Shown one piece after another: positions 18,536 through 28,336 of a DNA stretch of 63,945 nt. The translations under genes were made by a program, and so were the position numbers. Under the pieces are notes generated by a model. That model worked only from the letters and a program-made list of their open reading frames with translations. It did not search any database and was not told the origin of the DNA. The first letter of the stretch is position 1. Each line of letters begins with the position of its first letter. Origin of the DNA: Gemmatimonas sp. Its GTDB lineage: Bacteria; Pseudomonadota; Alphaproteobacteria; Rhizobiales; Xanthobacteraceae. Where the stretch lies: the NCBI GenBank assembly GCA_050257355.1, contig JBLMWS010000137.1, forward strand, positions 1 through 63,945. The letters are read 5' to 3'.

Positions 18536-18727
18536 TTGAAGCACAAATTCCCTGTTGGATCGACCGTTTACTTCACGGCAAGCAACGTCTCGCGTCCCGC
18601 CGCGCGCGGCACCTATGAAATCGTCCGTCAGCTCCCGACTGAAGGCGATGACTACCAGTACCGGATCAAGAGTGCGACGGAGGCCTTCGAGCGGGTTGCC
18701 AAGGAAAGCCAGCTCGCCCTGTCCTAA
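18536..18727 (+). CDS. conserved small hypothetical protein (63 aa)
   Basis: GGAGAAGG RBS plus TTG; HKF.VG...YEIVRQLP.....QYRIKS..E.FERVAKESQL. Confidence 0.8.
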   Translation: MKHKFPVGSTVYFTASNVSRPAARGTYEIVRQLPTEGDDYQYRIKSATEAFERVAKESQLALS

Positions 18728-18999
18728 GCGGAGGCTGCGTCAAATCTGAGCCTCTCTCCGCAACGGCTGCGCGCTTTGATCCTGTCGCGAATGATGGCGC
18801 ACAGCTCTGAACTGTGTCCAACCGTCCCCATGATCCGTCGGGACGCGCGATTCTCCCAGTCAGGGGATTATGGCACCGGCAATGATCAGGCGGAACTTGC
18901 GCGCGCCCTAAAAAGGCCGTTCGCTGATATTCTGCATGCCTTGAAGAGGCGTTCGCCTTCGTTGAAGATGTTTCGGGCTGGCTGAAGGACTTTTCCCGC

Positions 19000-19992
19000 A
19001 TGAACTGGACATGGCCAACATCGCTGGGTGATTTCTCGAGCTCGTTCTGGAATTCGCCGGCCTTTCCGATGTGGCTGACGCTGGCCGCGGCCGGGTTTTT
19101 CGGCATTCTGGTTCTGATCACGCTGGTGCGGGCCGAAAAATCGGTGGCCACAGGGGCGCTCACGGTGATCACGCTACTTGCGGTCGGGGTTGCCGTCGCC
19201 GCTACGATCCGCGGTTACGGCACCCCATCCGGCCGCACCGCAGCCGCCGAGGGGTCGCCGCCGGCGATCACGGCCAGCGTCGCCGCTCTGCCAGCGCTAT
19301 CCTGCCTTGACGATCTCGCTGGCGACCTCGTGCTGGCGGCCTGCGAGAAAGCGGTGTTTGCCTCTCCCGAGTCGACAGCCGCGGCGGTCAGCTATGTCGC
19401 TGCGCAAATTTCGCGTCTCACCGCCCTTGGCGACGCCGCAACTGCCGCGAAGAACATGACTCCGGACATGCAGGCGGTGCGCCGGTCGGTCGAGCATGAC
19501 CGCTACGGCCTGGTCGCGCAGGTGCTGCAAGCCCGCGATCACTGCACGCCGACCGAATGTCGTGTGTTCCGCTCGCTGACCGACAATCATCAGATCATCA
19601 CCAACATGGACGAACACGTCTATGAAGGACTTGTCGACCGGCATTCGATGGCGTGGAACGCGCCGGCGACGACGGCAACCACCGGCGCCACAGTTGTTCC
19701 CGGGATGGGGGCGCTCGCGGCGTTCCCGCCCTCGGTGCCGACCGGCAAGCCGACCAACGCGGATTTTCCGTCGGCAGCCTCCACGCCTGCGGTCAGCATC
19801 ATGGCCCCCGAGCCGGGCACCGGTACGGCAAAACCGGAAGGCTCGCGCAGCGCGCCGAAATCGCACCCGGCGGTTGCTGCGGCCAAGAAGCCCACAAAGC
19901 CGTCTCACGCGCAGCCTCCGCCGGAGCGCTCTGTCGGTGGGCCGACGCTGCTTTCCCCAGTTCCGCCTGCGCCTGCAGGATCGAAGGATTGA
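19000..19992 (+). CDS. hypothetical membrane-anchored protein
   Basis: Two N-terminal TM segments, four Cys, Pro-rich tail. Confidence 0.8.
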   Translation: MNWTWPTSLGDFSSSFWNSPAFPMWLTLAAAGFFGILVLITLVRAEKSVATGALTVITLLAVGVAVAATIRGYGTPSGRTAAAEGSPPAITASVAALPALSCLDDLAGDLVLAACEKAVFASPESTAAAVSYVAAQISRLTALGDAATAAKNMTPDMQAVRRSVEHDRYGLVAQVLQARDHCTPTECRVFRSLTDNHQIITNMDEHVYEGLVDRHSMAWNAPATTATTGATVVPGMGALAAFPPSVPTGKPTNADFPSAASTPAVSIMAPEPGTGTAKPEGSRSAPKSHPAVAAAKKPTKPSHAQPPPERSVGGPTLLSPVPPAPAGSKD

Positions 19993-20026
19993 TCGCGCTG
20001 ACGTCGGTCGCTAGTTTCGAACCAAT

Positions 20027-20467
20027 ATGCCGTTGCATCTGATCAAGCTCGCCGTCGGCTGCGATTCCGTTGCGGAATTGAAGCGATGGGTCGCCGAGCG
20101 CATGAAGACCGCCAAGAAGAAGGGACTGCCCCAGCGGCACGTCCATGTCACCCGGATGATGCCCAAGCGCGTCGACGAAATCCTGGGCGGCGGCTCTCTC
20201 TATTGGGTGATCCGCGGTGAGATCGCCGCGCGCGAGAAAATCCTGGCCGTCGAGCCGTTTCGCGACCGCGACGGCATCGGGCGGTGCCGCCTGATCATGC
20301 AGCCCAAGGTGATCGCGGTGGCGCCGCGTCCGATGCGGCCCTTCCAGGGCTGGCGGTATCTCAAGGAAGACGGCGCGCCACCGGATCTCACCAAGACCTC
20401 GGCTAGTGGCCTTGCCGCCATGCCCGAACCCATGCGCCGCGAGCTACGCGAACTCGGGCTGCTCTGA
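20027..20467 (+). CDS. DUF1489 family protein
   Basis: LHLIKLAVG, TRMMPKR..EIL.GGSLYWVI, RPFQGWRYL. Confidence 0.9.
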   Translation: MPLHLIKLAVGCDSVAELKRWVAERMKTAKKKGLPQRHVHVTRMMPKRVDEILGGGSLYWVIRGEIAAREKILAVEPFRDRDGIGRCRLIMQPKVIAVAPRPMRPFQGWRYLKEDGAPPDLTKTSASGLAAMPEPMRRELRELGLL

Positions 20468-20468
20468 C

Positions 20469-21320
20469 CTAAACCCCGATATTGTCGATCAGGCGCGTCG
20501 CGCCCAGTTTGGCGGCGACCAGGATGCGCATCGGCCCCTCGTCGCGCGAGCCGACGGGCGCGAGCGTATCGGCATGCCTTAGCTCGAAGTAGTCCAGCGC
20601 AAAGCCGGCTCGTTTGATGATTTCGGCGCCGGCTGCCATCGCCGCGTCGATCTCGGTGCCGGCGCGCAACAGGCGGGCGCTTTCCTTCATCGCGCGGTAA
20701 AGCTCCGGGGCGGTCTGCCGCGCTGCCGGCGACAGATAGACGTTGCGGGAAGACATCGCGAGACCGTCGCGCTCGCGGACGGTCTTCGAGCCGACCACCT
20801 TGACGCCAAGGTCGAGGTCGGTAGCCATCCGGGTCACCACCCGCAGCTGCTGAAAATCCTTTTCGCCGAAAATCGCAAGATCCGGCCGAACCTGCGTGAA
20901 CAGCTTTGCGACCACCGTCGCCACGCCGCCGAAAAACTGCGGCCGAAAGCGATCCTCCAGCCCCACCGCCGCAGGTCCCTCCGGGACGATGCGCGTGGAG
21001 AAGCCGTCCGGATACATCGCCTTGACCTCAGGATGCCAGATCAGCTCGACGCCCTCGGCGGCAAGCTTGGCGACGTCCGACTTCCAGGTGCGCGGGTAGG
21101 AGCCGAAATCCTCCGTCGGCGCGAACTGCGTCGGGTTGACGAAGATCGACACCACCACTTTGTCGGCGCGCCGCTTCGCGACCCGGACCAGCGAGACATG
21201 ACCGTCATGGAGTGCACCCATGGTCGGCACCAACGCGATGGTGGCTTTGCGGGAGCGGAGACCATCGACGGCGCGCCGCAACGCTGGGATTGTGCGAACG
21301 ATCGTAGGAGTTCGTGACAT
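20469..21320 (-). CDS. panC: pantoate--beta-alanine ligase
   Basis: [41 protein letters not shown]. Confidence 0.97.
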   Translation of the reverse strand: MSRTPTIVRTIPALRRAVDGLRSRKATIALVPTMGALHDGHVSLVRVAKRRADKVVVSIFVNPTQFAPTEDFGSYPRTWKSDVAKLAAEGVELIWHPEVKAMYPDGFSTRIVPEGPAAVGLEDRFRPQFFGGVATVVAKLFTQVRPDLAIFGEKDFQQLRVVTRMATDLDLGVKVVGSKTVRERDGLAMSSRNVYLSPAARQTAPELYRAMKESARLLRAGTEIDAAMAAGAEIIKRAGFALDYFELRHADTLAPVGSRDEGPMRILVAAKLGATRLIDNIGV

Positions 21321-21459
21321 CTGGACTCGATCAAGTTGGCTAAATCGGCGACGAAGACCGCAATATCTCTCAGGGAGCGGCATTAACAACGGAGAGGTCG
21401 AGTTTGGCAACGGTGCCGTTGGCGCGCCAAGCGCATCGCCTCTCAGTCTGTGTTGCGGA

Positions 21460-21800
21460 GCGCGGCGGTCGTCGAGTCATGGCAATAAGAAAAGCGGGCC
21501 GGGCCAATCGACCGCAGCATTGCACATTGCCGTTGCTCTTCTGAAAGCCCGCCAACGCGTGGTTACGATCGACAATCGACTGCTGTCAGCAGAGCTTCAC
21601 CCGTTGTCTCGACAATCGCGATGCCTAGGCCCGACGCACCGGGCTCAACTTGAGCTGCCCGTCTATTGCTGCATCAAGCTTCGTGAGACCATGCAGATCT
21701 CCGAGAATGGAAACTCGGAAATTCCAGAGCGCCTCGCGCCGCTGGACGATATCGACGAGACAACGCTCGGTATGCGACCAGATCGAGGCCTTGATCCCGC
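21460..21800 (+). pseudogene. mipZ: decayed division-plane positioning ATPase MipZ
   Basis: GNKKSGPGQSTAALHIAVALLKARQRVVTID (degenerate Walker A), a frameshift to DCCQQSFTRCLDNRDA*ARRTGL, a return to LELPVYCCIKLRETMQI, then a jump to C-terminal-like LDDIDETTLGMRP. Divergent from panC. Confidence 0.85.
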
Positions 21801-22054
21801 GCAATGCGAAGCCGGCTCGGCCGGGCTTTTTATTTCCTGTCCTGCGATTGAACCCAACCGCGTGCAGAGGGCGTCGGACTGTCGGAGGCGGTTGCCAGTT
21901 ACCGCTGCGCAAGAACTAGGTGCGGCGCACAACGATGAGGCGATAAATACACAACATTTAGTCTTTTTGTCACGCAGACGTTACATATACTAGGGAATAG
22001 AGCGATCTTCTTCAGGACTCGAACTGGGCGCCAAGTCTTTCTCCGAGGACTAAA

Positions 22055-22945
22055 ATGAAGCGTGGGATTACCGTTCTGTTGTCGGTCGGTGCCGTGTTTG
22101 TCGCGGGCTATGTCACCGCGAGCAAATGGGCGATCAAGCACGAGTCGCTGACCTTCTACGATCCGGCCCGGGACAATCGGCCCGTTCCGGTTGATATCGC
22201 GGTGCGCCGCGACAAGGAGATGCAGGCGGATACCGGCATGATCAAGCTGCCGGTCGCGATCCTCAATCACGGTAACACGGTCAAGAATACCGAATATTCG
22301 TTCCTTGCGAACGTATTCGCCGCGCGCGGCTACATCGTCATAAGCATCCAGCACGACCTGCCGACGGATCCGCCGATGGTAACTAAGGTCGGCGAGCTCT
22401 ATGTCGGCCGTTTGAAGCAGATCGAGCGCGGCGTCGCCAACATCAAGTTTGCCGTGCGTGAGATGAAGCAGGTGGAGCCGAACGCCGATTACGACCACCT
22501 GACGGTAGTCGGACATTCCATGGGCGGCGACATCACGATGTATTACGCCAAACAGTATCCGGACCAGGTCAGGAAGGTCGTGACGCTGGATAATCTGCGG
22601 GTGCCCTTCGTGACGTCCGGCAGGTTCAAGATCCTGTCGTTCCGGTCTCACGATCCGCAGTTCAAGACCGATCCCGGCGTGGTGCCAAGCGAGTCGCTCT
22701 GCGAGAAGGAAGGAATTACGGTCGTCAAAACGCAATTCCAGCACAACGACATGCGCGACACGGGATCGGAGGAGGCCAAGGCTTCGATCCAGGGGATGCT
22801 GGATAAGTTCCTCGCGGCTACCGACACGACCGATGATAGCGCGCCGGTCGAGGTCAGCGCGCCAACGGTGCTGGCACCCGGCCCGGTGCCGCCCTACGTA
22901 CCGGCGGGCAAGCAGCCGAACAACGTCAAGGCGCTCACGCAATAA
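22055..22945 (+). CDS. exported alpha/beta hydrolase
   Basis: Signal/TM N-terminus, NHG, nucleophile elbow GHSMGG. Confidence 0.88.
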   Translation: MKRGITVLLSVGAVFVAGYVTASKWAIKHESLTFYDPARDNRPVPVDIAVRRDKEMQADTGMIKLPVAILNHGNTVKNTEYSFLANVFAARGYIVISIQHDLPTDPPMVTKVGELYVGRLKQIERGVANIKFAVREMKQVEPNADYDHLTVVGHSMGGDITMYYAKQYPDQVRKVVTLDNLRVPFVTSGRFKILSFRSHDPQFKTDPGVVPSESLCEKEGITVVKTQFQHNDMRDTGSEEAKASIQGMLDKFLAATDTTDDSAPVEVSAPTVLAPGPVPPYVPAGKQPNNVKALTQ

Positions 22946-23063
22946 ACGCAATAGAGGCGCTCCTCACTAGCGCTCTGCGAGCAGCCGGTCCAGATTAGGC
23001 TTGCAAGCAGCAGGCGAGGGCCGATTGTCCCGCGGGTCGACCACAGGCAGATCTGGAGACGTG

Positions 23064-23783
23064 ATGCCGGCCGGGCAGGCCGACAAATCCGGCTCCTTGC
23101 CTGACGCAAGGCCCTCGAGCTCGGAGGATATCGCGGCCTTCGTCGCCAAGGCGCGGGCGATGTCGCCGCATGCCGCAGGTGCCAAAGGACGTTTGCTGTT
23201 TGCACTCGACGCCACGATGAGCCGGCAGCCGACCTGGGATCTCGCCTGTGCTCTGCAAGCCGACATGTTTCTCGAGGCGGCCTCGCTGGGCAGCCTCGAT
23301 GTCCGGCTCGTCTATTATCGCGGCCTCGACGAATGCCGCGCCACGCGATGGATTTCCGACAGCGCCGAGCTCGCACGGCTGATGGGCAAGATCGATTGTC
23401 GTGGCGGCAATACCCAGATCGGCCGGGTGTTGACCGAAGCGAGGCGCGAAGCGGCTGCGTCGGGCGTGCGCGCGGTGGTCTTCGTCGGCGATGCCATGGA
23501 AGAGAACGTGGACGATCTCTGCGCCAAGGCAGGCGAGCTTGGCCTGCTGAAAGTGCCGGTCTTTATGTTCCAGGAGGGGCTCAATCCCGCAGCCGAACAG
23601 GCGTTCCGGGAAATCGCACGATTGAGCGGCGGCGCATGGTGCCGCTTTGATCCCGGGGCGGCAGCGCAGCTCGGTGAGCTCTTGCGTGCGGCGGCGGCTT
23701 ATGCCGCCGGCGGGCGCGAAGCCCTGAAGCGGCTATCGGCGCGCGAAAGCGGCGCGGCCGCGCTGCTCGGCCAGATCAAGTGA
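23064..23783 (+). CDS. VWA domain protein
   Basis: FALDATMSR (MIDAS-like), GGNTQI, FVGDAMEE. Confidence 0.85.
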   Translation: MPAGQADKSGSLPDARPSSSEDIAAFVAKARAMSPHAAGAKGRLLFALDATMSRQPTWDLACALQADMFLEAASLGSLDVRLVYYRGLDECRATRWISDSAELARLMGKIDCRGGNTQIGRVLTEARREAAASGVRAVVFVGDAMEENVDDLCAKAGELGLLKVPVFMFQEGLNPAAEQAFREIARLSGGAWCRFDPGAAAQLGELLRAAAAYAAGGREALKRLSARESGAAALLGQIK

Positions 23784-23821
23784 TCCCTGCCTTTTGCCGC
23801 TGACTCCATTATATTGGGGCC

Positions 23822-24550
23822 ATGCCGACCCTGATCGCGGGCGCCGTCGCCGCCCTCACTCTTTACCTGCTGCTGCAGATGTTTCGGGCCGCAAACCCGA
23901 CCATGCTTGCGCGTGCGCTCAAGATCGCCGGCGGCGTGGTCGCGCTCGCCGTTGCCGCCTTTACCGGTGTGCGCGGCGAACTTGCAGTCGCCATCCCGAT
24001 CGGCGTGTTCGGTGCGGGATTGTTGGGCTGGTCGCCTTTCGGCTCGTCGGGTCTGGGGACTATCGGTGGCCTGTTTGGCGCGGGCCGGCAGCGCTCGGCG
24101 GGTCAGCGATCGCAGGTCCGGTCGCATTTCCTGGAGATGACGCTGGACCACGACAATGGCGAGTTGACCGGACGGATCGTTGCCGGTCCTTACGCCGGTC
24201 GCCGACTGGACGAGTTCGACCTGCCGCAACTGACCGCCATGATCCGCGCGTTCGATAGCGAGAGCGTGGTGTTACTTGAAAGCTATCTGGACCGCCGGTT
24301 TCCCGCTTGGCGTGAGAACGCGCAGGGAAATACGGCAGGGGGGAGGAGCCGCGCCGCGCCGGGTGGCAAAATGACGGAAGAGGAGGCCTATCAGATCCTT
24401 GGCCTGCAGCCGGGGGCGGGGCGGGATGACATCAGCCGAGCCCACCGTGCGCTCATGAAGAAACTGCATCCCGACCAAGGGGGGTCGACGTACCTCGCGG
24501 CCCGTGTAAACGAGGCCAAGGATACTTTGCTTCGCACGCATCACGGCTGA
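23822..24550 (+). CDS. membrane-anchored DnaJ-domain protein
   Basis: N-terminal TM segments; C-terminal AYQILGL...KKLHPDQGGS.YLAARVNEAKD.L. Confidence 0.92.
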   Translation: MPTLIAGAVAALTLYLLLQMFRAANPTMLARALKIAGGVVALAVAAFTGVRGELAVAIPIGVFGAGLLGWSPFGSSGLGTIGGLFGAGRQRSAGQRSQVRSHFLEMTLDHDNGELTGRIVAGPYAGRRLDEFDLPQLTAMIRAFDSESVVLLESYLDRRFPAWRENAQGNTAGGRSRAAPGGKMTEEEAYQILGLQPGAGRDDISRAHRALMKKLHPDQGGSTYLAARVNEAKDTLLRTHHG

Positions 24551-24771
24551 CTCCGGCAACGCCAACAAACGCTACGAACCGAAACCCGCTGGCCGCCTCT
24601 GAGTGACACCTGGGTCGCCCGCCGTTCTGCGGCAGGGTCGATCGTTACCGAAAGTTCTAACCGCAAATTCTTGACGAGAGGTTTGCAGCATTGCGGCAGT
24701 GCACCATGGCTGAGCCGCAGTTCTGCCCGAGCCGTGGTCCTGCCCTGGTCCCCGCGCGAGGAGGCTCTTGC

Positions 24772-24804
24772 AAAAAAGCCCGCGCTTAGCTGCGCGGGCT
24801 TTTT
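24772..24804. terminator. bidirectional intrinsic terminator
   Basis: AAAAAA-GCCCGCGC-loop-GCGCGGGC-TTTTT between convergent genes. Confidence 0.85.
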
Positions 24805-24827
24805 GGCCTGTCGCTGATTTGGAAAGC

Positions 24828-26582
24828 TTAGTTCCTCACCGTGATGCAGGACATATCGGACCGCTTCAATCTCCGGCATACCGCTTCCGCCTGATCGCGA
24901 TCGAGGCCCGCGAAACGGGCGCGATAGAGCTTGCGGTCGCCCCTGGCGATCACGGGTTCGGTGAAGGGGTCGGCTTTGGCAAGCAGGCCATGGGCGTGGT
25001 TACGCGCGGCCTCGATACGCTGCTGCGCCTCGCTTTCGCTGTCCAATGCGCCGACCTGGACGATCCAGCCGGTATGCACGAGGGAGGGCTTGTTGGTCGC
25101 ATTCTGTTGAGGCTGCGCTTGGGTGGAGGCGGCATAGGCCACCTGCGACGGAGCAGCGGCCGGTACGCTGGACGCCGGCAGCACGCCGAGAATGCCGTTT
25201 CCGGTGCCGAAGCCCCGTGGCTGCGGCGGCATCTCGCTTCGCGCGGTTTCGGGTCCCTCGGCCCTCGCAACCACTGCGTTCGATGTTTCGGCGACCTCAG
25301 AACGCGCCGGAATCGCGCTTGTGATAGGCGGGGCGGCTTGCGATGACGCGGCCGAAGCCAGCTTCAATGGCCCGGCCTTGACCTGAACCGTCTTCACGCG
25401 GACCGGCCTCATCGGTTCGGATGAACCGGGAATAACGGCCATCGGCTGGGTCTGGATCACGCCGGACGTGAGGGGCGCCGGGGCGACCTTCGGCTGTGCC
25501 GGCGGCACGGCGGCGGTCGCCTGGGCGAGGAGTGCCAAGCGCGAGGCCCGCGCGGGAGCGACCGCCGCAGCCGGTTCCGCAGCCGCGGCTTGCGTGCTGG
25601 TCGGCCTGGTCTCGGGCGCGCCATCGCCGGCATCGGCCATGTTATCCGCAAGGTTGCGTTCGGTAACGGCCGCGGCGGTACGGACGGTTGCGCCCTTGTC
25701 GAGATTTTCAGCCAAAAGGTTGCGCATGGTGGCATCGCGCGAGCCGGCGCTGCGCCCACCCATCACCACACCGATCAGGAACCGGTTGCCGCGGTGCATC
25801 GATGTCACGAGATTGAACCCGGAGGCGCGGGTATAGCCGGTCTTGATGCCGTCGACGCCGTCGACGCTGCCGAGCAGGTGATTGTGACCGCGGATTATAT
25901 GGCCGCGAAAGGTGAAGGCCGTCGTCGAGAAGTAGCGGTAATAGCGCGGGAAGCGGTCCTGCAACGCGCGCCCCAGGATCGATTCGTCGCGCGCCGTCGT
26001 CACCTGCTCGTCGTTCGGAAGACCCGATGCGTTGCGGTAGAGGGTGCGGGTCATGCCGAGCTGGTGCGCCTTGCGCGTCATCATTCGGGCGAAGTTGTCT
26101 TCGCTGCCGCCAAGCGCTTCGGCGATTACCACGGCGGCATCGTTGGCGGAGCGGGTGACGATTCCCTTGATAGCGTCTTCCACCCTGAGGGTCTGACCGG
26201 GCCGCAGGCCGAGCTTGGTCGGATCCTGTTCGGATGCGTGTTCGGATACCGGCATCTCCGTGTCGAGCTTGATCTTACCTTGGTCGAGGCGCTCGAACAG
26301 CAGATAGAGGGTCATCATCTTGGTCAGCGAGGCCGGGTGACGAAGCCCATCAGGGTTGTTGGCCTCAAGCACGCTGCCGGAATTGCCATCGACGATGATC
26401 GACGAGAACTTCGGATTGTAGTCGTCGCCCGAGTCGTGGTGGTGAGAGCGGGCGACATGATGATGCGAACGGTGACGTGCCTGCGCGCCGTCGGTGGTGG
26501 CGATCGTCCCTGCCGTGACCGCAATCAGTCCGAAGACGCCAACGCGCACCAAGCGCGAGGAAGCCCAATTTCTGCGAAGCAT
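24828..26582 (-). CDS. D-alanyl-D-alanine carboxypeptidase (S11) with C-terminal SPOR domain
   Basis: PASLTK (SxxK), SAN, KTG; SPOR W.VQVGA...YRARF.GL...A...C..LK...C. Confidence 0.93.
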   Translation of the reverse strand: MLRRNWASSRLVRVGVFGLIAVTAGTIATTDGAQARHRSHHHVARSHHHDSGDDYNPKFSSIIVDGNSGSVLEANNPDGLRHPASLTKMMTLYLLFERLDQGKIKLDTEMPVSEHASEQDPTKLGLRPGQTLRVEDAIKGIVTRSANDAAVVIAEALGGSEDNFARMMTRKAHQLGMTRTLYRNASGLPNDEQVTTARDESILGRALQDRFPRYYRYFSTTAFTFRGHIIRGHNHLLGSVDGVDGIKTGYTRASGFNLVTSMHRGNRFLIGVVMGGRSAGSRDATMRNLLAENLDKGATVRTAAAVTERNLADNMADAGDGAPETRPTSTQAAAAEPAAAVAPARASRLALLAQATAAVPPAQPKVAPAPLTSGVIQTQPMAVIPGSSEPMRPVRVKTVQVKAGPLKLASAASSQAAPPITSAIPARSEVAETSNAVVARAEGPETARSEMPPQPRGFGTGNGILGVLPASSVPAAAPSQVAYAASTQAQPQQNATNKPSLVHTGWIVQVGALDSESEAQQRIEAARNHAHGLLAKADPFTEPVIARGDRKLYRARFAGLDRDQAEAVCRRLKRSDMSCITVRN

Positions 26583-26865
26583 GAATCCCCGTCCCAGTTT
26601 CTGACTTGATCACCGGCGCGTGAGGCAAAATTGTGCCCAACCTCCGCTGATCATTCCCTGCGCGAACGCCGATCCACGCCTTTGCATGCTCGCAGATTCG
26701 GAGTTCAGGCCGCTCTTCTAGCTAAGGCACTGCTTACAAACAGCTTTTTGCTGCCTGCGGAAGGATGAACAGGCCGGGAATCAGGGTAGGCGGTGAGAGT
26801 TGCCAAAGCCTTAAGAAACCCTTGCGCGGAAACCCGGGATTTACCGGAGATTTCAAGACAATTTG

Positions 26866-26911
26866 TGCGATGCACCAAATTATTGACTATCATTGTGCGG
26901 TGCACTATATG
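26866..26911 (+). promoter_or_regulatory. phasin promoter with two PhaR-like boxes
   Basis: TTGACT-N17-TATATG (26883..26911); TGCGATGCACCA at 26866 and TGCGGTGCACTA at 26896. Confidence 0.65.
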
Positions 26912-26973
26912 ACAATCGGGTCAGGGAGCCGGGCTTCCCGGCTTACTCGATCAGGTCTGGGAAAAAGGATTCC

Positions 26974-27318
26974 ATGATGTTCAAGGTTGAGGAGTTTCAG
27001 AGTTACGGCAAGGAGCAGTTCGAAACGGCGATGGCTTCCGCCACCAATGTGCAGAACGGGCTCAGCGCGATTGCAAGCGCCTACGGCGACTACACTAAGA
27101 AATCGTATGAGGACACCAAGTCCTTTGTGGAAAAGCTCTCCGGCGTGAAGTCGCTGGACAAGGCGGTCGAGGCGCAGACCGAATACGCCAAGACGGCTTA
27201 CGAGACCTTCGTTGCGGAGTCGCAGAAGATCGCAGGCCTTTACGGCGATCTCGCGAAGCAAGTCTTCAAGCCGGTCGAAGCGCTGGTCGCAAAGTTCGCG
27301 CCCACGCCGGCTCAGTAA
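26974..27318 (+). CDS. phasin family protein
   Basis: DYTKKSYED....EKL.GVKSLDKAVE.QTEYAK.AYE.FVAE..KI..LY.DLAK. Confidence 0.9.
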   Translation: MMFKVEEFQSYGKEQFETAMASATNVQNGLSAIASAYGDYTKKSYEDTKSFVEKLSGVKSLDKAVEAQTEYAKTAYETFVAESQKIAGLYGDLAKQVFKPVEALVAKFAPTPAQ

Positions 27319-27342
27319 AAACGGACGACCACACGGTGAAGG

Positions 27343-27369
27343 AGCCCGGCCTATCGGTCGGGCTTTTTT
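27343..27369 (+). terminator. intrinsic terminator after phasin
   Basis: AGCCCGGCC[13 protein letters not shown] followed by a T run. Confidence 0.75.
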
Positions 27370-27814
27370 GTTTGGTGTTCTGTTTGATCTGCCCCATCCT
27401 ATTCCTCCAGGAGGGAGCGTGTTCCGCGTTCGCCGAACTCTCGTCACAAAACGGACGAGCCTTGCGGAATCGCAAAGCCGAACGGAATTGCTTTTGTAAA
27501 ACCGCCCCGGATTGATTAACCTCTCGTGATGATCGTTGGGTCGGGAGTCGCCCTTGCCGAGCGCGGGTGCCATGCAGGCCGTGCTTGCGATGAGGCGGCG
27601 ACTGACCCATATTCGACCTGTCGATGCGCCTCGGGCGCCGGATCGGACGGAAGTGGCGGTCCAAAGGACTGGTCCGGAGGCCGAGGCGGCTTCGGCAGCA
27701 TCACGCGACCGCTAATCGGCCCCGTGGGGACTCTTGAACGCTCGTGCCATGTCGCAACTGATTTTGAGCTCTGATCCGTCTATTCGGCCCGCCTCTGCAG
27801 TGTTTGCTGTTCGA

Positions 27815-28147
27815 ATGAGCAATGACGAGAACCGCTCGGGGGCAGCCGGTGGTCCTTCGACCTCCGTCATCACCAAGGTCAAGCCGAAGACCAAGCGGCC
27901 CAATCTCTACAGGGTCCTGATCCTCAACGACGACTACACGCCCATGGAGTTCGTCGTTCATGTGTTGGAGAAATTCTTCAACAAGGACATCGAAGCGGCG
28001 ACCAAGATCATGCTGCACGTCCACCATCACGGGATCGGCGAATGCGGCGTCTTTACCTACGAGATCGCCGAGACCAAGGTGACGCAGGTGATGGATTTTG
28101 CGCGCAAGCACCAGCATCCCCTGCAGTGCGTGATGGAAAAGAAATAG
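27815..28147 (+). CDS. clpS: ATP-dependent Clp protease adaptor ClpS
   Basis: [29 protein letters not shown]; directly upstream of clpA. Alternative start at 27749. Confidence 0.97.
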   Translation: MSNDENRSGAAGGPSTSVITKVKPKTKRPNLYRVLILNDDYTPMEFVVHVLEKFFNKDIEAATKIMLHVHHHGIGECGVFTYEIAETKVTQVMDFARKHQHPLQCVMEKK

Positions 28148-28336
28148 GCGCGCCCATTCGGTTGCAAGCGGAACGGGTCTTGCATCCGCAAACGTGCTGG
28201 ACGGATGCCGTCGTTGCGCGGTTAACTCGCGGAACCGGCCTTTTGCCGCGAACTTGTATAACTATATGGTGAGTAAGGTTGTTGTTGCCTGGATCGGCAA
28301 CGACGATCATGATGTCAGGGGGCCACAGGAGCGCGA

